A DNA stretch of 32,000 nt, from positions 1,560,001 through 1,592,000 of the forward strand of contig NC_000854.2 in assembly GCF_000011125.1 (NCBI RefSeq). Reading direction: 5' to 3'. The stretch comes from Aeropyrum pernix K1. GTDB taxonomy: Archaea > Thermoproteota > Thermoprotei_A > Sulfolobales > Acidilobaceae. The notes under the pieces were generated by a model. That model was not told the DNA's origin, ran no database searches, and saw nothing but the letters and a program-made list of their open reading frames with translations. Shown in pieces: positions 1 to 5,921 of the stretch. The position numbers were made by a program, and so were the translations under genes. Each line of letters starts with the position of its first letter. Within the stretch, counting starts at the first letter, position 1.

Positions 1-1053
1 GAGGGGGTCGACGCCAGAAGACAAGCCCAAATAGACAGGCTCCTAATAGAACTAGACGGCACCCCGAACAAATCGAGACTCGGCGGGAACACGACCACCG
101 CTCTCAGCATAGCCGTTTCAAGAGCTGCGGCGGCTCAGGCACGCCTCGAACTCTTCCAGTATCTAGGCGGCGCCGGGGCTAGGAGACTCCCAATACCTCT
201 TCTCAACGTCATAAATGGTGGTGTTCACGCGGGGAACGAGCTAGACTTTCAGGAGTTTATGATAATACCTTATGGTTTTGAAAGCTTCACAGAAGCTATG
301 AGGGCTGCGGTGGAGACATACGGGGAGCTCAAGAGCCTGCTTAAGGACAGGTATGGTGCATCTGCAGTCAACGTCGGCGACGAAGGGGGTTTCGCACCCC
401 CTATGAGAAGCGCCGAAGAGGCCCTCAAGACTCTAGTGGATGCAGTGGAGAAAGCAGGCTACCAGCCCGGGAGCGAGATAGCCCTTGGCATTGACGCGGC
501 TGCGAGCCAGCTCTACAGTAACGGGCGCTACAGCGTTGAAGGGAAGAGCCTGTCCAGAGAGGAGCTCCTAAGCCTCTACCAGCGCTTGGTAGAGCAGTAT
601 CCAATAGTGTATCTTGAAGACCCATTTAGCGAGGACGACTATGAAGGTTTCAAGGCCGCCGTAGACGCCCTCTCGACAGAAACCATTATAGTGGGGGACG
701 ATCTCCTAGTTACCAATCCCCAGAGGGTTAAGGAGGCTTCCGCCCTCAAAGCAGTCACAGGCCTCCTAGTAAAGGTGAACCAGGTGGGGACTCTCACCGA
801 AGCTCTCGAAGCCATCCAGGCTGCGAGGGACAGGGGGATTGTCCACATAGTGAGCCACAGGAGCGGAGACACTGAGGACACCTTCATTGCCGACCTAGCC
901 GTCGCCACAGAAGCTTTGATGATCAAAACGGGAGCCCCAGCCCGGGGAGAGAGGACCTCGAAATACAACAGGCTCCTAGAAATAGAGAACATATTAGGCT
1001 ACTCAGCCGAATATGCAGGTCCAGAACTACGCGGCGTAATGGGCAGGCGCTGA
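1..1053 (+). CDS. eno: Enolase (phosphopyruvate hydratase), 5'-truncated by the window edge
   Basis: Frame 1 is open from base 1 (EGVDARRQAQIDRLLIELDGTPNKSRLGGNTTTALSIAVSRAAA...NVINGGVHAGNELDFQEFMIIP) and runs into track ORF 259..1053, so the Met at 259 is internal. SHRSGDTEDTFIADLAV and KTGAPARGERTSKYNRLLEIE are typical enolase C-terminal signatures. Confidence 0.93.
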   Translation, partial: EGVDARRQAQIDRLLIELDGTPNKSRLGGNTTTALSIAVSRAAAAQARLELFQYLGGAGARRLPIPLLNVINGGVHAGNELDFQEFMIIPYGFESFTEAMRAAVETYGELKSLLKDRYGASAVNVGDEGGFAPPMRSAEEALKTLVDAVEKAGYQPGSEIALGIDAAASQLYSNGRYSVEGKSLSREELLSLYQRLVEQYPIVYLEDPFSEDDYEGFKAAVDALSTETIIVGDDLLVTNPQRVKEASALKAVTGLLVKVNQVGTLTEALEAIQAARDRGIVHIVSHRSGDTEDTFIADLAVATEALMIKTGAPARGERTSKYNRLLEIENILGYSAEYAGPELRGVMGRR

Positions 1054-1090
1054 GACCCAGAAATCCTGCTCTGCGAAATCTATACTACAA

Positions 1091-1474
1091 TTGTTAAACC
1101 AGGCGACACTACAAAACTTTTATGGTGTCCGCTCCTTGCTATCCAGAATATTTTCAAGGTTAAAGGAGCTGACAGGGACGGGAAGAGGAGGGCTTTCCCG
1201 GGTTATAGTAGCCGTCGCCCCTAAAGACGATGAGGAGGCCCTTCCTAGGATACTTAGATGGCTTGCAGCCAAGGGCCTGAGACCCGATGAAACCATAGAG
1301 GCTAGTAGCAAGGATGAGGTAATCCAAGCCCTCGATAGTCTCAAGGGCATGATAGTAGTGGTTACTACCTCGTCTATGGCAAAGAACCTGGAGGAGTGGG
1401 CGAAGAGCCGGGGCCAGGGAGTAGTAGTTATAGATGTAGACAGCAATGCGCCTGGAATGAAAATGGGCTGCTAA
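1091..1474 (+). CDS. Hypothetical small protein (127 aa from TTG 1091; alternative TTG start at 1136)
   Basis: Only sizeable sense ORF between eno and the FixX-like gene. The antisense ORF 1120..1446 is Ser/Leu/Thr-rich and looks like an artefact. No motif recognised. Confidence 0.4.
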   Translation: MLNQATLQNFYGVRSLLSRIFSRLKELTGTGRGGLSRVIVAVAPKDDEEALPRILRWLAAKGLRPDETIEASSKDEVIQALDSLKGMIVVVTTSSMAKNLEEWAKSRGQGVVVIDVDSNAPGMKMGC

Positions 1475-1523
1475 AATAAACCCTCAGCACAACACCTACA
1501 CCCCCCGGGAGGAGTGAAAGGGG

Positions 1524-1826
1524 ATGTCTGCGAAGGTAGAGGATAGGATGCTGAGCATAGAGGATATACTCCAGAGGAACGTGTGGGACGTTGCCGAAGA
1601 CCCACATATAGAGATACCAAAAGGCGCCGACAACCAGAGTGGAATACCTAAGAAGGCCCTAGCCCTCCTATGCCCGGCAGCTTGCTATACGGAAATGGGT
1701 GACGAACTGCTCTTCAGCTACGAAGGCTGTGTGGAGTGTGCCCTCTGTAGGGTCATAACACCCAAGGAGAAGATATCCTGGCGGTACCTTAGGAGCGGGA
1801 GGGGTATTCAGTATAGATTCACTTAG
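1524..1826 (+). CDS. fixX: FixX-type ferredoxin-like protein
   Basis: 100 aa. The segment CPAACY...LFSYEGCVECALCRV...ISWRYLRSGRGIQYRF matches the FixX layout (CPAxxY, then GCxECxxCR, then C-terminal W.YPRGG.G..YRF). Confidence 0.7.
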   Translation: MSAKVEDRMLSIEDILQRNVWDVAEDPHIEIPKGADNQSGIPKKALALLCPAACYTEMGDELLFSYEGCVECALCRVITPKEKISWRYLRSGRGIQYRFT

Positions 1827-1889
1827 GATCGGCCTCTCAACAGTTAAGCTTTAAGGCTCAACACGCGTTCTGCGTTTAGGAGGTGGTCA

Positions 1890-3014
1890 GTGTTTGTGGC
1901 GGCCGAGAGGCTCGACCCTTGGGGAGCTGTCGAGATAAAGGATTATGACAGGCTTCTCCGCACCTTTGGTATCCGGCCTTTCAGCGAGGTTCTGCCACTC
2001 CTGCGTAAGGCGGGTATGGAGCCTAGTTTTCTCATGAGAAGGGGTATAATCTTTGGGCATAGAGACTTTGATAAAATCCTGGAGGCAAAGGCTAGGGGTG
2101 AGAGGGTAGCCGTCCTCACAGGGTTCATGCCTAGCGGTAAGTTCCACTTTGGCCACAAGCTCACAGTCGACCAGCTAATATACCTTCAGAAGAATGGTTT
2201 CAAGGTTTTCGTGGCTATAGCGGATGCGGAGGCATTTGCGGTAAGGAGGATAGGTAGGGAGGAGGCTGTGAGGATAGCCGTCGAAGAGTATATAGCCAAC
2301 ATGATAGCCCTTGGGCTCGACCCTAAGGACACCGAGTTCTATTTCCAGACCAACAGGGGCACACCGTACTTCAGGCTCATCCAACTCTTCTCAGGCAAGG
2401 TTACAGCAGCAGAGATGGAGGCAATATACGGTGAACTCACTCCAGCCAAGATGATGGCCTCACTAACCCAAGCGGCCGACATACTCCATGTGCAGTTAGA
2501 CGAGTACGGCGGCTACCGCCATGTAGTCGTCCCCGTGGGCGCTGACCAGGACCCCCACCTAAGGCTTACGAGGGACCTTGCAGACCGCATGGCAGGGGTG
2601 GTGGAGCTTGAAAGACCCGCAAGCACCTATCACAAGCTCCAGCCAGGCCTGGACGGGAGGAAGATGAGCAGCAGCAGGCCGGACTCGACAATATTCCTCA
2701 CAGACCCACCCGAAGTAGCGAGGAACAAGCTCTTCCGAGCCCTGACCGGGGGAAGAGCCACTGCTGAAGAGCAGAGGAGGCTTGGTGGAGTGCCTGAAGT
2801 GTGTAGCGTATACCATATGGACCTCTACCATCTAATGCCCGACGACGGGGAGGTAAAGCACATCTATACTAGCTGCAGGCTTGGGAAGATACTGTGCGGA
2901 GAATGCAAACAAATAGCATGGGAAAAACTAGAGAGGTTCCTAGCAGAGCATCAGAGCAGGCTAGAGAAGGCTAAAACTATCGCCTGGAAACTAGTGGAGC
3001 CGCCGCGATTCTAG
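1890..3014 (+). CDS. trpS: Tryptophanyl-tRNA synthetase, archaeal type
   Basis: N-terminal LDPWG...DYDRLLRTFGI. HIGH-type motif in TGFMPSGKFHFGHKL and KMSKS-type motif KMSSS. GTG start preceded by GGAGGTG (1879-1885). C-terminal C-x23-C-x6-C-x2-C motif. Confidence 0.9.
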   Translation: MFVAAERLDPWGAVEIKDYDRLLRTFGIRPFSEVLPLLRKAGMEPSFLMRRGIIFGHRDFDKILEAKARGERVAVLTGFMPSGKFHFGHKLTVDQLIYLQKNGFKVFVAIADAEAFAVRRIGREEAVRIAVEEYIANMIALGLDPKDTEFYFQTNRGTPYFRLIQLFSGKVTAAEMEAIYGELTPAKMMASLTQAADILHVQLDEYGGYRHVVVPVGADQDPHLRLTRDLADRMAGVVELERPASTYHKLQPGLDGRKMSSSRPDSTIFLTDPPEVARNKLFRALTGGRATAEEQRRLGGVPEVCSVYHMDLYHLMPDDGEVKHIYTSCRLGKILCGECKQIAWEKLERFLAEHQSRLEKAKTIAWKLVEPPRF

Positions 3015-3282
3015 CAACGAATATACACACCCCAACACTATGAATCCCGACACAGGGGATGAAGAGACGCTTTAGGGCCGAAACACAGATGAGGTAAGTA
3101 CCCTCGCCCGACCCCCATGTCCCTATGTCAATCTAGGGCTACAAACAGTGAACGCCAGAATCCCCAGCGAACAATGAAGTAAATAATAAATGCATGCAAT
3201 CAGACTCAGCCCATTCCATACAGCTACCTATAAACCTATTCTTCAGGCGAAAAAGCAAGAGCAAAGAAAGCAGGATCAGAGG

Positions 3283-3602
3283 CGGAGCCTTGGGCGCTTG
3301 TTAGCCCCGGGCTCTCTAGCCCAAGAACCGTAAGGGGGCAGCCCCTGTGGGCTAGAGAGCCGGGAAGTGGCGGAGCCCGAGCATAAGCGGCCGGAGGTGC
3401 TAGGCCGGCCGGCTCTCCGCCCCCAGGGTGCTCCAAGGCGGTGGGGGGCCGCCTTGGAGACCCTTTCGGAGCCCCTCCGGAGGGCTAGCCCTCCGGCCGC
3501 TGCTTTGCTCGGAGCCCCGCCTGCGCTCTCTAGCCCGGCGGGGTATTGCCCTCTGGTTCTTGGGCTAGAGAGCCCGGGGCTAACAAGCGCCCCAAGGCTC
3601 CG
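3283..3602. repeat. 320-bp GC-rich imperfect palindrome; candidate long-hairpin structured RNA or MITE-like/cruciform element, class unknown
   Basis: 3283-3329 is the reverse complement of 3555-3602 apart from one 1-nt indel. Inner complementary tiers are 3349-3360/3525-3536, 3369-3383/3506-3521 (one bulge, one mismatch) and 3387-3397/3490-3500. The apical hairpin is 3431-3441/3449-3459 with loop tgggggg. The three track ORFs crossing it are low-complexity and mutually overlapping. Confidence 0.85.
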
Positions 3603-3604
3603 GT

Positions 3605-3659
3605 GTGTTTATTGTGGGGGGTTGTTTATAGGGTGTTAGGGTGTTTATTGTGGGGGGTT
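3605..3659. repeat. Two perfect 19-nt direct repeats (gtgtttattgtggggggtt) at 3605-3623 and 3641-3659, period 36 bp
   Basis: Read directly from the sequence. Each repeat ends in a G6 tract. They flank the TATA-like tttata at 3625-3630 and sit immediately after the palindrome edge. Confidence 0.9.
3625..3630 (-). promoter_or_regulatory. Candidate TATA box (TATAAA on the minus strand) aimed at the palindrome
   Basis: On the minus strand, TATAAA starts 28 nt upstream of the palindrome edge at 3602, which is standard archaeal TATA-to-start spacing. T-runs follow the far edge on that strand (complement of A5 at 3250-3254). Confidence 0.35.
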
Positions 3660-3660
3660 A

Positions 3661-3670
3661 TTTTTATAAG
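3661..3670 (+). promoter_or_regulatory. AT-rich TATA-like element (tttttataag), possible promoter of the VKOR-like gene; could also work on the opposite strand
   Basis: Strongest AT-rich box in the gap, about 70 nt upstream of the TTG start at 3741. It is quasi-symmetric, so direction is not determined. Confidence 0.3.
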
Positions 3671-3740
3671 TACAAGTTTTATGGTTGTCTGTATATTCTT
3701 CTCTACTCAGAGTATTAACAGTTTAGTGGTGTAATGGAGT

Positions 3741-4178
3741 TTGTCGAGGCTTTCGCATGCTCTTCTTGCTGTCACTCTAGTTGGATATGCTGCCAGTATT
3801 GCTGGCTATTTCGAGTACGTTTCCGGCTCTGGGGTTTGTGAGATTGGTGATGTGGGTTTTGCTGTTGTTAACTGCTCTAGCGTTTACGATATTCCTGAGG
3901 CGGTTGTATTTGGCGTTGTTCATCTGAGTGTTTTAGCGCCAGTATATTTTACGTTACTTTCACTTGTTGCCCTGGCTTATTGGATTAGGCGGTCTCGCAT
4001 CTTTCTAATCGCCTCGTCCTTCCTTTCACTCGTAGGTGTTGTTACGGTTCCCTACCTGGTTTATCTAGAACTGTTCGTCGCTGGTGCTGTCTGCCTGTGG
4101 TGCACAGTCATGCATATATCTATACTTTTGGCCTTCGCGTTGGCAATTGTAGGCCTGCGGATTGGTGGCCACACCTAG
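3741..4178 (+). CDS. Vitamin K epoxide reductase (VKOR) family membrane oxidoreductase
   Basis: 145 aa with about 4 hydrophobic spans. Loop cysteine pair (GVCEIGD...VVNCSSVY) and a membrane-embedded CLWC redox motif in the last helix region. TTG is the first possible start after the in-frame TAA at 3732-3734. Confidence 0.72.
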   Translation: MSRLSHALLAVTLVGYAASIAGYFEYVSGSGVCEIGDVGFAVVNCSSVYDIPEAVVFGVVHLSVLAPVYFTLLSLVALAYWIRRSRIFLIASSFLSLVGVVTVPYLVYLELFVAGAVCLWCTVMHISILLAFALAIVGLRIGGHT

Positions 4179-4321
4179 GCTGTATTCAGTGTGGAACAAA
4201 TATTGGTTCGAAAATTAGGGGGTTAAGCCGTAATCCGCCTTAGCTGTAGCTGCAATAACTCGGGCGGGGGGTAACGGTTTATTTGTGTGGACTCGCCACT
4301 TGATGGTTTTGGTCTTCGAGG

Positions 4322-4648
4322 GTGGTCGGTTTGGAGCATGGAGTTTCTAAGGATTTTGAGGGGGAGGCTAGGATAGGGAGGGTTGTCAAGGACTTTCTGA
4401 GGCTTAGCTTGAAGCCGGAGGATTTCTCGAGCCCTGTGGCCCTGCAGATGGCCATTTCAAGGCTCTATGAGGGTATGATGAGGATGATGGAGAGGGGAGG
4501 CCCTCAGCCTACATATGTGGCGGAAGTCAGGTTTACGGATGATATGGGCAACCCTGTTGTTATAGCTGTCGAGCTGGGGCCGGAGACGCCGCCCTTCTCT
4601 AGGGATAGGGTTAAGGCCAGGATTAGGGTGGAGCTTTACGAGGAGTAG
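4322..4648 (+). CDS. Hypothetical protein (108 aa, GTG start)
   Basis: Plausible composition (charged, AGG/AGA Arg codons). No motif recognised. Convergent with the PhoH-like gene, 13 bp apart. Confidence 0.5.
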   Translation: MVGLEHGVSKDFEGEARIGRVVKDFLRLSLKPEDFSSPVALQMAISRLYEGMMRMMERGGPQPTYVAEVRFTDDMGNPVVIAVELGPETPPFSRDRVKARIRVELYEE

Positions 4649-4661
4649 CCGGTTACCGGGC

Positions 4662-5834
4662 CTACCTCCTCCTTCGCCTCCCCCGCCTCTCCTCAACTTC
4701 TTCGACAAACACTCCTACGCCGAGAAGCTTTCTCACTATCTCGTCCAGGAACCTTATGTGCGCTCCTTTCTGCCCTAGCATCGGCCCCATATGCTCCTTG
4801 CTGACCTTGATCTTGAGCTGGGGCCCTGCGAAGTCGAAGTCGATCACGTGTTTGTGTATCCAGCTGACGGGGTGTATGGCCCTCACTATCTCCTTCAGAT
4901 CTAGGGTGTGCTCTATGGCCCGGATCCTTAGGCCGGTCTCTCCCTCAATCTTCTCTATCCTCTCACCGCCCCTTCCTATAAAGCGGCCTAAGTGGCCCTC
5001 TTTGACCACGACTAAAACGTCTGGGACGTGATCGCTCTCTATACCCCACTTCCTCTTGGCGTCTTGGAGGTCTACGGCCGTTATTATATCAGCGTCGGGC
5101 GAGTGCATTCTAGCAGCCTCTATAACCTCCTTCTCCGCCTGGTTCAGCGTCCTCCTCCTCATGAGGAGTTCCATGAGCATCTTAACACCCCTCTTCGCCC
5201 CCGGCCTCACGATATCCTTCAGGCCAAGGTCGACAACTTCGGCTGTGGGCTCGTTGCTGAGTATTTCTCTAGCCATACTGGCTCCGTCTAGGCCTGGCTC
5301 GCTAGTCCTCTGGAAAACTGGATCACCGATAACTATGAGCTTGCTCCCCGTGCCAAGCCTCGTTATTATCTCAACTATAGCCTCGGGTGGCATGCTCTGC
5401 GAGTCGTCAACGATTATAACGCTGTTGTCGAAGGTTCTACCCCTTAGGAAGTGAGGATCAACAAGCACGAGGCTATCGCTAGACAGTATCTCCCTTACCC
5501 TCTCCTCACCGAGGAAGCCCGACAGTATGTCCATAAGGTATTCGGCTGCAAGCCTCCTGTAGGATTGGGCGTCAGTCATGACTGTTAGCTCCCGGCCTGT
5601 GACGACGTCTATCACTGGCCTAGCAAGCACGACCCTCCTGAACCTTCCCTCCGCCGTCATGCTGACTCCATATACTATGGAAAACAGGCTCTTCCCCGTG
5701 CCCGTAGGGCCGAAGACCCCCACTAGGTCTACATCAGACAGGAGGGCCTCCTTAAGCTCTCTCTGGCCCTCGCTTTTAGGCTCTAAAGCGTCAAAGAGCC
5801 CCTTAAACTTGTCCAGCCCATCCACTCTGCCCAC
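4662..5834 (-). CDS. PhoH-like P-loop ATPase fused to C-terminal KH RNA-binding domain(s)
   Basis: Walker A GPTGTGKS and Walker B-like VIIVDDSQ in a PhoH-like arrangement. The C-terminal third has KH-type GxxG signatures (LGRFIGRGGERIEKIEGETG and MLGQKGAHIRFL). Confidence 0.8.
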   Translation of the reverse strand: MGRVDGLDKFKGLFDALEPKSEGQRELKEALLSDVDLVGVFGPTGTGKSLFSIVYGVSMTAEGRFRRVVLARPVIDVVTGRELTVMTDAQSYRRLAAEYLMDILSGFLGEERVREILSSDSLVLVDPHFLRGRTFDNSVIIVDDSQSMPPEAIVEIITRLGTGSKLIVIGDPVFQRTSEPGLDGASMAREILSNEPTAEVVDLGLKDIVRPGAKRGVKMLMELLMRRRTLNQAEKEVIEAARMHSPDADIITAVDLQDAKRKWGIESDHVPDVLVVVKEGHLGRFIGRGGERIEKIEGETGLRIRAIEHTLDLKEIVRAIHPVSWIHKHVIDFDFAGPQLKIKVSKEHMGPMLGQKGAHIRFLDEIVRKLLGVGVFVEEVEERRGRRRRR

Positions 5835-5921
5835 CCAGGGATAGACATAACTATACTCTCCTGGGCCAATATTCGCTAGACGGGCAACCTGGGTTGCAGG
5901 CTATAGAGGGGTGCACCGTAT

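Noticed and set aside
3283-3602. Palindrome as SRP (7S) RNA or RNase P RNA, the usual ~300-nt archaeal RNAs
   Set aside because: Neither strand has a helix-8-like GNAR tetraloop followed by the AGCA symmetric-loop motif. No GC-rich Alu-domain hairpins lie 5' of the long helix. No GGAAAGUCC-type CR-I or ACAGAA...GGCUUA-type CR-V strings are present. Neither RNA is palindromic end to end. The rejection is by eye only, so a covariance-model scan is still advised.
3283-3670. Replication origin (inverted ORB elements, G-strings)
   Set aside because: ctccaaggcggtgggggg and the G6-ending 19-mers vaguely recall ORB elements. However, the TCCA-N-GGAAA core dyad is missing and no AT-rich unwinding element lies between the inverted copies. 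No orc1/cdc6 or whiP gene is adjacent; cdc48 at 13146-15359 is unrelated.
3236-3734. Track ORFs 3236..3436 (-), 3367..3639 (+) and 3546..3734 (+) as protein genes
   Set aside because: They overlap one another and the palindrome. Their products are Ala/Pro/Gly/Arg/Leu low-complexity strings, as expected from GC-rich self-complementary DNA. None has a plausible start context.
3734-3841. ATG-initiated 35-aa Cys-rich mini-ORF (MEFVEAFACSSCCHSSWICCQYCW...) overlapping the VKOR gene start in another frame
   Set aside because: It lies entirely inside the much longer VKOR reading frame, which has clear family motifs. The Cys richness follows from TGC/TGT triplets in the T/G-rich strand.
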